Source of the DNA: Harriotta raleighana
Taxonomy: Eukaryota
Assembly: GCA_050575255.1 (NCBI GenBank)
Contig: JBNZDD010013567.1
Coordinates: forward strand, 1,503,163-1,567,162
Direction: 5' to 3'
Length of the DNA: 64,000 nucleotides
Part shown: one piece after another, positions 49,411 to 63,029 of the stretch
Position numbering within the stretch: the first letter of the stretch is position 1
Layout of the letters: every line of letters starts with the position of its first letter
Notes under the pieces: model-generated
Database searches by the model: none
The model's input: only the letters and a program-made list of their open reading frames with translations
What the model was told of the DNA's origin: nothing
Translations under genes and position numbers: made by a program

Positions 49411-50667
49411 TGTAGCAATATTGCATGCTTGGGCGGACAGTGTGTTTACATATTACAGTAATGTGCCTCAAGGGTCAGATTTAAAGCAACATCAAAAGTA
49501 GTGGATTTGAATTTGAATCCTATCACCTGCTGCACAAAAACAATTTGAAGATCAGGCAGCTCTCAACACAGTGGAAACAATCTTTGAACTGCAGTATTCC
49601 AACTTTTGTTAAAACTCAGTTTATGCAGTACTGTATGGTGTGTGAATGTGGCTAGAAGAGTGAAGGGAGAATAAAGCCCATTCCCAGTACCTGTAGTGAT
49701 TTAAAAACTAGAACAAATGTTGCTTCATCAATCTTGGGTGTTGCTAAAATGATTTTCATGATAAATAATTGATATGTTTTAAAAAGAAGATAAATAATGT
49801 ACTTGGGAAATAGGGAAATGAAGGATATGGGGAAAGGGCAAATATGATGGATTAAAAGGCCTAATTAATAAAATGATGCATCAGGCTTGATGAGCTGAAT
49901 AGCCTACTACTGTTCTACATAACTGAATTGTTTTAATTTAAATGTAAGAAACCAGCTCATTTCAGCCGCTCATACAGATTAGACAATCTTTCATGAATTT
50001 TGTAACTTTGTCAAGACTTTCAAGCGATGTGTCAAAGTCCCCAGCTCAGCTCTGACATTGACAACAAAAACCTCAACTGTTTTTATTTTGCAATTACAAG
50101 TGCACAATACACAAGTTGTAAGTTTTACAAAGACATATCAAGTAAGATATCCAGTTTTCCCACACCATATTAAACATGGATTTAGCATTGTAACATTCTA
50201 GATTTAAACTGTGACTAATGATTGTGTGGAGGAAGGAGTGTAGCAAAGATCAATGAAACAAGAGCCTTCAGTTATGTTCCTACAGTCTGCAATTAAATTC
50301 TAGGAAATACTGTTTTGAAAGGCTGCAGAATGCTAGATACAGTAGATAACACCCAGTCTAAATGTTGATTTTCACTTCCCACTCCAATATTAATATTAAC
50401 GTTAACGTTTAAATTCTCAGCAGTAGAAATTAGTTCAAAGCTTGCATGGTTCATGGAGCTTGGTACGGGTGAGCACATAAATTTCAGAGTTGTGAATAAT
50501 CTGCAGTTTTTGGAGGGATGAGTCGGGAAGATCATCAAGAAGGGAGACAGCGTAGTAAGAATTTAGCTTTAAGTCAACCAGTATGTTCTAGGTTACTCAA
50601 CAAAGCCAGCAAAAGACCATTACCATCATGAAGTTGATTTGATGGCCTGTCTACAACAAAAATGTAG

Positions 50668-50972
50668 TTAATAATAATCCTTGCATTTGATACAGCACCT
50701 TGCACATCTTCTAGACGTCTCAAAACCCTTCACAGAATGTACCCTAAAGTGAATTGACTGCATAATAGTAGGTGAAATGCGGCAGTCAATCACACACAGC
50801 AATGTCCCACAAACAGCGTTGGAATGAAATGACCAATTTATTATTGTTTTTTTGGCGGGATTATTATTAGGCGTGTGGAGTAAGGAAATTTACCCAAGGT
50901 TTCACCCTTCCTGGGATTGAACCCAGATCTCTTGCTTGCAAGGTGACTGCTCTAACCACTAAGCTACAGGAC
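50668..50972 (-). mobile_element. Full-length Deu-domain SINE
   Basis: Head, core and tail. Confidence 0.85.
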
Positions 50973-53791
50973 TCCACAAGCTTTGCTCTACAAAATATCA
51001 GAAGGCCTCAAATTCCACTTAATCTTGGCATATAAAAATAAAATTGCATAAAACCGTGGAAAAATTCTAAAAATACAGGTTTAATATGTTAGTTATTAAA
51101 TTATTATTGACCATAGAAAAGGTGGAATTTTGCTCCTCTTGTGAAGAGTTATCAAAAACATTACCACTTTTGTCTATATTAGTGCAGTATCACAACTGTC
51201 AATTATACCCAACAAGCATTCAAACAGTCCCATTAAAATTACATCTTAATGCAGCATTTTATCTAACTTGATCAACCTTACCTTGCTTAGGCATATACTC
51301 TGTAAAGCTGCAATTGTTTAGAATATGATAAAGCTGTTCCTGATGGTGTTAACAAGCTCAGGCTCTAGTTCTCTACAATATCTAATTTCACTCTCCATTT
51401 GTGTGTAAAACTCAAACTGCAATGAAAGGAGATTCATTGCTCTTGATAACTCTAATCAATGAGACTAAAAAGCTATTGTCATTCCCTGCTCTTCTTCATC
51501 AACCCCTTTCTTTCCACACTTCTTCCTCGGTGTCCCAAATAAGCAGCAAATCCATTACCGACAAAGGACAATGTGAAGGTAATTTCAGACAAAGTCAACC
51601 AATAAAACAGAAATCTTGTCTGAAATGAGCACACAGCAATATTTCTGTCTCTGTACCATTCTGTTATTAGTTATTATTCACACTAATTGACCTGGAATGA
51701 CTGATTCTACAGTGATGTGTTCTGTGTGGCTAATTGTGAGCTTTCAAGCACCTCCTCATTTATGGGAGCCAAAAATAGCTTGGGTTTGTTTTTTCCTTTT
51801 GCAAATGTAACCATGAATTGTCAAAACCTTCGAGGACCTGTGAGGCCACCTACTTTCCTTTGAACTGTTGATACAAGTTTCATTTGGCAGTGAGTTGTTA
51901 GGCAAACAACACAGGAATCGGGCATTGCTGTTGGATAATATTGTACTTTCAGAAGGACCTCAAAGCCTTTAACATTCTGATTCTGCCGATTTTCTATAAT
52001 TGCTGACCGACCAGTTATTCAGGGCGTCTGATAAATACAATGTGATTACTGCACTTTTACATCCGAACAACTTTTTCCATTGTTGCTGCAATCTAAATGC
52101 ATTTCATAAGGATGTAGCAGCTAACATGGTTGGCAATCAAACAACTCGTTTATAATGATCCTTGAGAGAACAAACAAAAGACTTATCTGCAGCAAGTGAG
52201 TAACAAGCAACGTTGGTTCAGAACTGGCAAGGCAACCAATCTCTCCTCGTTTGTGCTCCCTGTGGTTTGCCCATCCTATTGAATTGAATGGGAAAACCGC
52301 AAGAGTTGAAAAAAAAATGGAACTGTTCTGTTGGATGGAGATTTGGGCTTTTAACCATACAGTTTAAATGGTCTTTGACTTGAAAAGAAAAGAGGAGATT
52401 TGGTGCCTGTAGAAATCATCTCTTGTGATGGTGATCAGAGCATATGATAAAGACCAGTAGTCAATTTGCCAGAGACAATTTGCCAGGGAGCAAGAGAGAT
52501 CCCCCACAGTGAAATATTGAGACAACCTGATGATAAGCTAAATCTCATTGTAAAATATTACTTAAAACATTCTACATTAACCAATTCTAATTTGAAATTA
52601 AGAAAGAAAAGACTTGAGCAGCTACCCCCTTGCTTGCCACTTCAATGGAATTTTCATATTATCTTATAGATCAAACTTATACATTAATCAGTTCTTTCCT
52701 CTAGATTTTTTCTCCATCAAAATGGATTCTGTGACTACCAATAAGACACAAATCTCGGACAACCTATTCCTTTCGAGTCACTTCAAGCAGGGTACAGGGT
52801 GGTTTGTAATCTGGATCAACCAAAATATACAACAACCTACACACAACCGGAATTGGGAAGTGTTTCGTTTCACAAATGGAAACATAAAGTGGCTTGCAGT
52901 GTTGAGGAGAATAACAAGGCTGATGCTCATGGTGAGAGGGATGTTCAACGAGGAGCAATTAGATAAAGGATGGGACTCTGCTAGTGGTCGATAAGACGCT
53001 TCAACAACTAAGATGACACTGAATCAGGAAGTACAGAAAGTAAACTTGAAGCAATAGTTTTAAATACGCAAAGGCAGCAGCACAAGAGGGTACAGGGTAA
53101 ACCAATGGATAATAAAGGGGGGAAATTTCCTTCACCATAGTAAGCACAAAATGTTACTAAAAACATAAATTAAAAAATATTTTCCTATGTACAATACTCT
53201 TGATTTCAATTCAACAAGAAAGATGTTAGTCTTCCCTTTATTTATCCCAGAGTCCCTCCACCCTATCCTGTGACTGGTCCCGGGCACTTGGCAGATGTTG
53301 GGGGTACATCGCAGAGGGCTCCGGTCTATTGCGGGGCTACATATGGCACGACACAGTCCTCCACAGACCTCAGCTATGCATATGACCAACCTCGGATGAC
53401 CAGTCACAGTGCCTCCTTGTAGCCCAGGAGGTCCTGTTACCTAACTAGTCACTCTGGATAACTAGTTCCTGCACCCATTTACCCCTGGGAGTGACAAGCT
53501 ATCAGGAATTTACTGAATACTTATTGGATACAAGATGGATGATACCTTGGAATGTGAATCATCTTCAATGATTGCAAACTATCTGATACATCGACACAAA
53601 AGTTAATGTGTGAATGCAATACTTGGGGGTGGGGGGGGGGGGGAAGCTGTGATGTATCTAACCAAGGAATTCAGAATCTCTCTGGACCTTTGAAGGCAAT
53701 TCACAAAATTTTTTTTTTTCACGAAACAGTAGTTGACAATAAAATTAAACCAAATCTTAAATCTTGGGATTGTCCAGATCATGGCCTCGTT

Positions 53792-54982
53792 TTAATCTGA
53801 AATCTCATCAGCACTCAACCAACTAAACTTGTATTTCTTCCTGGGTAAAACAAGGTCCAAGGCTAAAAGTTTTTGTTCATGTTCCGATTCAACTAATCGG
53901 TAGCCAAATACATTCATGGCCCCTCTACATGCATCTTGTACTTTTAAAACTTTTGCAAATGGCATCACAGTCCTCCATGCCTGAGACAGGTTTCTGGCAT
54001 TTCTGGGTGTTGTTTTGAACGCTGATCCAGTGCCTTCTCCGTGGGTGATGTTATATATCCAAGACCGAAGCTTTGATGTCAAGTTCAACTCGGCAAATTT
54101 ATACAATTCAGAAATCTCACTGAGCGGATCTTTCACAAGGTCTTCGTACCGTATCATCATGTAACGTTTCTTCAGAAAGTCCGGAGCTTTTTTTGTTGCC
54201 GATTCGTAGATCTGTATGTTGCTTCTGCAAATTTCCATCATTGCTTGATAGTTTGACAATTCAGCATTTTTGCGATCTATAGCCTTGCCTTTAGTATCCA
54301 AAATAATTGCATTGTCCCTCAAAAGTGCCACCGCTGATTTGTCACGAGATTTAACGACAGCCCGAGGATCCCTGACAAGGTGGATGATTTTAAGGTTCAA
54401 GGAAGGGTCAGTGAGCAGAGGATACAGAGCCGATAGGTCAAAGAATCGGACTTCTTTGAGTACTATGTGACTGTAGGTTTTGCACGAGTCTTCCACTTTA
54501 TAGAAACTGGACAAGTTGCAATGTTTCTTGCACATCGCATAGTTGGTAAGATCTGTTCTTTGGTAATGGTCACAAGCAGGTGGTGAGCACAGTGCTCTGC
54601 TAACCTCCCACTGGAACAAGTCCGAGATTAATTTGCGCTCGGGCATGTAGACATTAAACACCGACATATCACACAGGAATATGGATCGCACGAGGTCCCG
54701 AACAGCCATCTGCAAAATCTTAGCATTGTTTTGGTACATCTTCACCCACACATGCCAGGCAGGTTCCATTAGGTAGAAGACATCAGGATGCTGACTGAAT
54801 ACCTGTCCTACAAAGGAGGATCCTGACCTCCAAGATGAAAGGATGAGGATATGAACTTTGTTTTCCTGCTCTTCGGTTTGCGTGAGCTCCACATTCTGTT
54901 TGTTATAGATGATGATTAAAGCAAAAGTCTGAATCGCTATAAATGTAGCAACGCTGGCAGTTAAAACATTTAATCTCACCAT
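53792..54982 (-). CDS. GlcNAc-6-O-sulfotransferase of the CHST4/CHST5/CHST6 subfamily, 396 aa, single coding exon
   Basis: Type II membrane N-terminus; 5'-PSB SSWRSGSSFVG; EPAWHVW; 3'-PB HLVRDPRAV.KSR; RYEDL. Acceptor CTTTACAG at 55020-55027; candidate upstream donor CAG|GTGAGC at 55251. Confidence 0.95.
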   Translation of the reverse strand: MVRLNVLTASVATFIAIQTFALIIIYNKQNVELTQTEEQENKVHILILSSWRSGSSFVGQVFSQHPDVFYLMEPAWHVWVKMYQNNAKILQMAVRDLVRSIFLCDMSVFNVYMPERKLISDLFQWEVSRALCSPPACDHYQRTDLTNYAMCKKHCNLSSFYKVEDSCKTYSHIVLKEVRFFDLSALYPLLTDPSLNLKIIHLVRDPRAVVKSRDKSAVALLRDNAIILDTKGKAIDRKNAELSNYQAMMEICRSNIQIYESATKKAPDFLKKRYMMIRYEDLVKDPLSEISELYKFAELNLTSKLRSWIYNITHGEGTGSAFKTTPRNARNLSQAWRTVMPFAKVLKVQDACRGAMNVFGYRLVESEHEQKLLALDLVLPRKKYKFSWLSADEISD

Positions 54983-55824
54983 TGTGACGGCTGACCAGGA
55001 TTAAATGTTGATCCACACCCTGTAAAGAGAGTTAAACAGACACAGATATTACAAGTTGTTTCAAAGCTGCTTTGCTCACTATCCCAACTAATATTTGGTC
55101 AGTTTTTGGTAAATATTGGCGAGTGATTTAAAAACAAAAGGTTACATTGCAAAGCTCTCTTCTCTCAGTTTAATTACCATGCTGTACATCATGTTTTTAA
55201 AAGATTTATTCTTGATCACGAAATGTGCCTTGACGTACACAGAAGCTCACCTGCTTAAGACTTTGCAAATCCAACTGAGAACTCCAGTTAAATTGCTTTT
55301 CAACACAATAGCAATAGGAGCAAGCCTATTAAATTATATTCTCCTCGACATAAATTAAATGAAACAGCCAAACTGATGGAATGGAAGTGGAGGAATTACA
55401 AATTTATGCAGTATTAGTACCGTAATACCTAAATCTCAATTATCACAGGCACTACGAGACTCGTGTTTTTATTCAATTTAAGTTATTTTAAAATGGACTG
55501 AAATTTTTTTGTATTGATCTTCAATTTCAAGAATTTGGGCTCAAACTCAATTCAAATCCGAGAGGTTGTAGGTCTTTCCGTGGCCAGAATTAATGACCTT
55601 ACATGAAGTCAATTTTTCCTACTCCTTTCCCTGAGCCCTCCCCCACTACTTGACTGTACAGCGCCTTGGGACGTCTTTCCAATCCAATTGTTAGTACAGT
55701 ATACCAAGAAGCTTTATTTATCACTGTAGTTTCCACTTGTTGATACTGTTGCCAGTTTTCATATCATTATGCCGGAGGATTTGACATATAGCTGGAATAA
55801 TATTTTGTAAACTGACAGCTTTGC

Positions 55825-56085
55825 AAAAGCAAGAGACTTGGGTTCAATTCCCGGCAGAGCAAAATGTTGGGCAGATTTCCTTACTCCACACGCCTGATAA
55901 TAATCCCTCAAAAAAAATTGGTCACTTCAATCTATGACTTTGTGGGACACTGCTGTGTGAGTTGGCTGCCGCGCTTCACGCACAAAATATGCAGTCAATT
56001 TACTTCACAGTATCTTCTGTGAAACGCTTCGAGATGTCTAGAAGATGTGAAAAGTGCCATATCAAATGCAAGGATTATTACTACA
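55825..56085 (+). mobile_element. Deu-domain SINE
   Basis: B-box, core and tail. Confidence 0.8.
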
Positions 56086-56577
56086 GTATTATTTATTAGA
56101 ATATTGTTGTAGTTGGGGGACGGTGCATTATATAATGTGTAATTAAACCAAGGGCAGTTACCAATTTATACTGTGCTATTGTGGAAAATTGCTCTGGGAA
56201 GAACAATGGGTACAGGAAAAGTGTGAAAAATACAATTCTGTAGTTATGAAATGAATTTAACAGGAAATCAATCAATTGTCCGACTAGTTGAATAGATGTG
56301 GGTTGCCATGCACTGGGTTCAATGTTCAGATTGGAAAAATGTACCTGCCTTTGCCAAAATAAATTCAAACAGTTGACAGTTGCCTAATTTTTTTCAAAGG
56401 TTTATTCTTGTGGCTTTTAAGGAGTGTTAACAATTAGGAACTGTACACAGGTACATTGGGCAAACAAAAATGTCTTCAGTGGTGAATGGCTGTTTTACAA
56501 ATAAACTGGGATTGATGTGGATGGTTTCACTTTATTGTACCACTTACACAATAGTAAAAGGGTATTTGTATTTACAG

Positions 56578-56664
56578 GTGTATAATATGCAAGGCTGAAC
56601 TTTTTGAAGCATTCAAAGAGCTACTTGTGTGTATTGCTGAAGAAGACTATCCAATAATCCTCAG
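56578..56664 (+). CDS. ADAT1: ADAT1 (tRNA-specific adenosine deaminase 1) penultimate exon
   Basis: TTTACAG|CIICKAELFEAFKELLVCIAEEDYPIILR|GTGGGT; 87 nt; aligns with recalled human SQISKVELFRSFQKLLSRIARDKWPHSLR. Confidence 0.8.
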
Positions 56665-58712
56665 GTGGGTCTTAACTTTAGTTAAAAAAGCACAGAAATA
56701 ATTACAACATTGAATTACAAGTGGCTGATGTCTGTTATTTTCATACCACAAAAACTACAATCCATTTACCCATATCAAAGTATTGTTCTGGGTTTACTTT
56801 CGTTAACTCTTAGCATCTTTTGGTCATTTTTCGCCTTCCATTTCTGACTCTTCCCCTCCCCCCCCCCCCGGCTTTTGCTGAGACCTCTCCTGCCTAGATG
56901 AACATAAAAGTAAATTTGGCTCCCACTCGCAGCTTGAGTGTCCATCCAGCATTCGGAATGAACTTTGGGATGTTCTCCCGACATGAAAGACACTGAAATA
57001 GATGTACTGTAAATTGTATTATTCAGCACCTCTATAAATTTATTTTTATCTATTTTTTCAATCCCAGTTTGTATTTGACTCAAAATTGGCATAAAATTGA
57101 GTACATATCCATACAGAGCATAAAACCCTAGATAAACCACAGTGTAACTTATGTTTGTGCAAATATTGGTTAACTGAATCTAATGTCTCTTTGATGAGAG
57201 CAGGATGTAGAAAATTCCTTCAATCTTTCACAGGATTCTTTCTATTGCCTGAGGCAGCAAAATACTTTTTCATGGCCTTTTAAGAGGAAATGAACAAATC
57301 CTAAAGAAAAGCTGGATATTAAACTTTTATTAGACACAGATTTGAAACGGTTATATCTTTTCTAGTTGAATCAGGATGGGTACCATACATACCTTTCAAT
57401 TGAAATAATTTTGCAATTTATAAATGTTTAATTTTCCTTATGTAAGCCTTTGTTGGTTCCTTGTCCAGTAATTTGCTTCAGTTTTTAGCTCTTATAAATA
57501 GCAGCTTCATAGTAAACAAAAAATTTCAGTGAACGGTTAGTAATCACATCAACATCCTTCCCCTCCTCCAGTTATGTACAAAGACACTCCTTCACTTTGC
57601 ACATGTATTCACTATTTAATATGCATAGCCTAGCAATATTCTGTATAAAATCCCATCTGCTGCTTGTCAGTTTGAAAACCTAATGGCCTAGACTTTCTGG
57701 GAATCACTTATTTTCCTTTATATTATTCATCATTATATACATTACTTAGTACAGGCTAACCAGGTTTCTCCAAGCAATTATTAAATTGCGTGATCAACAG
57801 AATGCAAATTTGGATTATTTGCACTGAGAAAAAAAAGGAAAGAGTCCTTTGGCTTTTTCTGAGACCTCTCCTGCCTAGATGAACATAAAAGTAATGTTTT
57901 ATTAAAATGAATGCTTTAATGTGAGTGGTATGCGAACCATCATCTTGATCTGATTTGTGCCGAATTTAAGGGCTCTGAAAAGCTACCCTGCCTGTAGGGT
58001 GCTGTATAGATGCAAGTTGTTATTCATCCCATTTTGCAAACATGATTGTGTACTGTGATTTGCCTGTATGTTCTGTAAATATCATTATCTATTTTCATAG
58101 ACTTGTTTCCACTTGAAGTATAAGCTTGTGACTGTGTGTGAGGGAGAAAGAATTGGTCTTATAGGTAGAATTTGGTGCACCAAGTCTTTGAATTTATGAC
58201 ACAGACCTGCGGGTTGCACTTTATTCTAAAGCAATTCTGTCACAGGATAAAATCTATAATTTTAGATGCAGTAGAATAGTAGAGTTTATAAATTATCTTT
58301 CAGAATAACTTTTAGTTTTCTTTCCTGGTGACTTTACTCTTTTTCTTTCAAAAATTGAAAAGTTTGTTCATGGGCAGAGATTACTCTGATTAGTGAAAAT
58401 GCCAGAGAAGAACTGTTGAATTTGAGTTCTGTTGTAATTTTTAAACCTCAAAATATATCATTGACTTGTTCATGTAAAAGTAGATTTATCTATGTTTGTG
58501 GTAATTCAGCATTCGACTTTACTTTGCCCAGCAGTAAATGGAATTCTTAGCTACAAAATATGATTTCCCACAGTAAGTGTAAGACACAATACTGAAACTG
58601 GAAAATACAAAGCAATCTCCTGTGTTAACTCACTTTTCACGATTCCTGATAGTGTCAAATCAAGTAACTACAGCACACAAAAAAACCTCTTAACTTTTTT
58701 CTGTTTTAACAG

Positions 58713-58845
58713 AAAGAATATGCCAAAAACGTATTGGGATTTCAAGGAGGCCGCAGCAAATTATCAAAAAGCCTGGACTGAGATACAGAGGCAAGCATTC
58801 AACACCTGGATTAGAACCCCAAGAGAATATCTTCAATTTGAATAA
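58713..58845 (+). CDS. ADAT1: ADAT1 last coding exon
   Basis: TTTTAACAG|KNMPKTYWDFKEAAANYQKAWTEIQRQAFNTWIRTPREYLQFE*; colinear with recalled human TYQEYKEAASSYQEAW..RKQVFGSWIRNPPDYHQFK*; phase matches the previous exon; AATAAA overlaps the stop. Confidence 0.88.
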
Positions 58846-59024
58846 AAAACAATCAAATGGTATTAATAACCTAATTTAAACCAGCCTTGGATGGACAAAT
58901 ATATCAGATCCAAAATTTAAATCTATATCCTTATGTTTAGAAAGCTTGTAGACAATAGTAATTTGTAGGAGATTTGAAGCGATCAATAGGTATTAAGTTA
59001 TTTATCTACAAAAGTTACAACCTG

Positions 59025-59700
59025 TACAACAACAACAACTTCAATTTATATAGCATCCTCCATGCCAGACGGCGTCTCAGAGCGCTTCACAATAATGGAT
59101 CTCGGGCCCGAGCCAGGGGGAGGGGGAAAAAGGCGACCAAAAGCACTGTCGAAAAGAAAGGTCTTCAGCTGAGACTTGAAACTAGGAAGAGGAGGCGAAG
59201 GGAGGAAGGGAGTTCCAGAGCTTCATGGTGTAGTGGCTGAAGGCACGGCCGCCAATGGTGGAGCAGAGAATTTGAGGGACGAGGAGGAGACCAGTACCGG
59301 AGGAGTGAAGGCAACGGGTTCTGTTCAGAATGAGCTGAATTTTATGGATTGTGGTGGAGGGGAGACCAGCGAGGAGTGCATTTGTGTAGTTCAGCAGAGA
59401 AGGGGACGAAGGCATGGACCGGAGTTTCAGCGGCTTTTGGGGCAAGGTATTGCCGGACACGGGCAATATGTCGCAGGTGGACAAAAGCAGCGCTGATGAG
59501 AGACCGGATGTGGGGGAGGAAGGACAGTTGGGGGTCGAACTTGATGCCGAGGTTGCATACCGGTTCGGAGAGTTTCGCGGGGCAGATCGGGTAGGTGGAG
59601 TAGGTGAGAGCCGAATGACTGAAGACGATGACGAGAGCCAAAGAGTATGGCTTCCGTCTTGTCAACATTCAGCTGCAGGACATTTGTGCTCATCCAAGTT
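59025..59700 (-). mobile_element. L2 LINE 3' fragment
   Basis: LQLNVDKTEAILFG, NLGIKFDPQLSFLPHI, HLRHIARVR, GGRAFSH, LWNSLP. Confidence 0.88.
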
Positions 59701-59939
59701 GTTGCTTACCTTATAAATATAGAATAGGTAAACAACAAAGATCAGACTATAATGGTACAGTATAAAGCTGGCCGTTCTTTTAGTATTGGGCATGCTGAGA
59801 GAACAAGAACTACATTGACAGAATGCAACTACTGTTTTGTTCAACAAAGTATTGACAAATAACTGCAGTTTTCTAAGTACTTAATTACATTCAGTTTCTG
59901 TTTCATTTGGGTATTGGATATTGTATGATAATCTACTCG

Positions 59940-60220
59940 TGTAGTTCAGTGGTTGGAGCACACGCCTCACAAGTGAGAGACCTGAGTTTAATTCCAGGCA
60001 GGGCGAAACCTTGGGCAAATTTCCTTATTCCACGAGTGATAATAATCCCTAAAAAAAAAACTAACAATCCACGACTGTTTGTGGGACACTGCTTGTGCAC
60101 TTGGCTGCCGCATTTCGTCCGCAAATCTGTAGTCAATACACTTTACAGTATGGTATGTTCTGTGAAGCGCTTGGAAGATATGAAAAGTGTTATATCAAAT
60201 GTAATAATTATTATTATTTA
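59940..60220 (+). mobile_element. Deu-domain SINE
   Basis: Head, core and tail. Confidence 0.8.
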
Positions 60221-62494
60221 TTATATATTGTAATTATTACATCTCTATAATGTACTAGCGCACACTATCAGAAGATGGGACAACATCATAATTGTTTTCT
60301 TTATAACTTTTATTTGCAATCTGCTTTTGTTTAATTTGGATTTAAATTAGTTTCAATGAAACCAGCCTTCAGATTGAAATCAAAGGGTATCAACAACAAA
60401 CAACAAGTTTTATTTGTTTCATCAAGAGTTTATTGAAAGTCTACCCAACTCTTTACCATGCCTTGGTAAATTTATATTGATTGATTCCGGCCTCAAAAAA
60501 CATGTTTAGAATAATATTATACTATTTCGCGACCGTAACCTTTATATGGTAAGTTTTCCCAAAATGAAACATTTTGTTAAATGGCTTGTATGTACTGCTT
60601 TATGGTTTTATTTCATTATATCAGTTAAATACAATGCTCGCCATGTATCAGGTGTACGTTTAAGTACAAGACGGTGGGAATTCAAGTGTTGCATAATTTA
60701 CAGAAAAACTGCAGATATTCCATAAACTACAGATAATCCAGAACTCTACAGTCTGCATTGTGTCCTCCACAAGGCCATCACCCATCCTCGCTGGATTCAC
60801 TCTCCGTTAATCAATCAATTTTAAAATCAGCATCCTTGCCGTGAAATGTCTCCATGAACTTGTTTGACCTCTTAGATCTCCTCTGATCCTACTCCAACTC
60901 AGATGGGTATCCAGTGGATCATCCCAATTATTGAACTAATATATAAGGAGATTGCTTTTTTGCTCCCCTCAAGGCAGGGTGTCAAGCTGTACTTTTTACA
61001 TTGTTCCGCATAAATCGATTAAATTATGACAATAACAACTGCCTTGGTTCAATAATTATTGAGTGGTAACCTTGCTGTTTCAACACTTAACTGTCGGTTT
61101 TCTCTTAATAATTTTCTGGAGTTGTTATTGTAAATATTCTTTGACGGCTGTCAGTTTTGACAGCACGTGGCGAATGTCATTGTCACTTTTTTCTCAATGA
61201 TCTTGATAAATCATTTTCAAAGATGGTTGCATGTTAAATTGAACTCCCAGTTCATTCTCAGTTGATAAGCAGTTGAAAGTCGTGCTTGAAGGAATTTTAT
61301 TGAAACAATGCTTTACTTGCTGGCAACAAAGCATGTATCTCATATTTTCTGTTTGTGGGAGGATTCCTCTCCAAAATAATGAAGGTTATGTTAAAAAAAA
61401 GCATTTATGTAACAATATCACCGCTGAAGAAAAGTTCTTGCGTAACAGATACCTGGATTTCTATAGTGTTTTGTAAATGAATCTTTTGTCCGTAGGTATA
61501 GTACTGAAATCCACCTGAAACCAGAGAATGAATCATCATTTCTGAACAAGGATATCAATACAGTAAATGTATTGTCCTTTGCACTTCTATCTAGTTACTG
61601 CATTAATACTGATACCGTAGGAATTTGAATAAAACTTTTGGAAACTAAAGTTGGAAGTAGCCCAATGCAAGACAGTAGAATTTTTGCAACCACTGCACAT
61701 GCGTTTTATATTTCTAAATAGATCTCTAAGTGCTGTATAAAATACCCTTGGTGAGGGGAATATTGGTAGTCCAGTTCCTGAGCTGGGGAGGTTATCAGCA
61801 GTTTTCCAGGACATTCCTCTTGAGAAGGCAGTCTGACTTATCTCAGGACTTGTTACCTGGAGCAAGGATTCTTTCCACCTAGTTCCTATTAATTCAGCAA
61901 GATATAGCGGTAACAGTTAGGGTGGTCCTAACTGAGCAAGCAATAGAAACTTGCTATGGCGCTTTCAATGTTTTAACTGATTAAACTCCACAAGTTCACA
62001 ACCTGGATTCAGCATTCAAGCCACTATTGCAGATTTGTTTTTCTGTGTAAACTTCAATTCTGTTCCCCCAGTGGAATTGTTTTTTATTTTTTCGAAGGAA
62101 TTCATCGACACAGTATCCAATGTTAATTAAACCCTTCAATTTGTCATGTTATAAAAATGCTTCTAATCTTTAGTCTTGCTTGCTATTTAATTTTAAACTG
62201 ATTCCTTTCAGTACTTTTCTCACGGTCTAATTTAAGCAGCCTATTTATATATTATCTATGCCTCTCAACAATTTAAAGGCCTGTATCACATATCTTCATT
62301 CATTTACTCTATTGAGAACAAGTACAGTTCTGCGAGTCTAAAAACATTAAGCCCGAAGACTCGTAACGTTAAACCTCATGTTTCATAATTATCCTTTCTT
62401 CTCTTTGAATTCTCTGTATCAATATTACACTCTATATAGGTTGGCTTGCTTAATTGTTGGTTCGTTCTCCTCTGAATCAAAATTTTGTAGAGTT

Positions 62495-62660
62495 TAAGCC
62501 CCACATCAGGACTTTGAGTTCATCGACAAAGCTGAAGCTCCAATGCGGTGTGGAAGGAGCACTGTGTAGTTAGAAATGCTGTCCTTTGATGGTCAAACCG
62601 AGTAAACTGTTTACCTGTTCAGGTGGACGTTAAAAAATCCCATGGCACTGTTTGAAAAGA
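62495..62660 (+). mobile_element. Older DeuSINE fragment
   Basis: CCTGTTCAGGTGGACGTTAAAAAATCCCATGGCACT core. Confidence 0.55.
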
Positions 62661-63029
62661 GAATTCAATCAATGGTAATAGCAGAGTTGAGCAAAGATTC
62701 TTATTACCAGGGCGAGGAGATTGTTTCCTCCTCACAAGAATTAGTGAGGATGAAACAATGGGGAAAGACATGGAAACCGATGGCATAACCTAAGAACTCT
62801 TGAATCCCAATATATCAGTGAGACCTTATAGACTGAGATAAAGAAAGTAGAACTCAAAACAATATTTTCCGGATACGTCAAGGCTTAAGGACAGGAGAGC
62901 ACAAGGGGATGGGAAACATTGTAACTATAATATGTTATTACTGTATAGAGAATAATCAACAGTGAAATTAGTTATGAGGAAGGTCAGTTTGACATTGTAA
63001 TTGTAAGATTTTAGTGTACTGCCTTTTAT

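Noticed and set aside
56160-56245. CAIVE...NGYRK peptide vaguely like the preceding ADAT1 exon
   Set aside because: Weak similarity, an in-frame stop and no good splice sites
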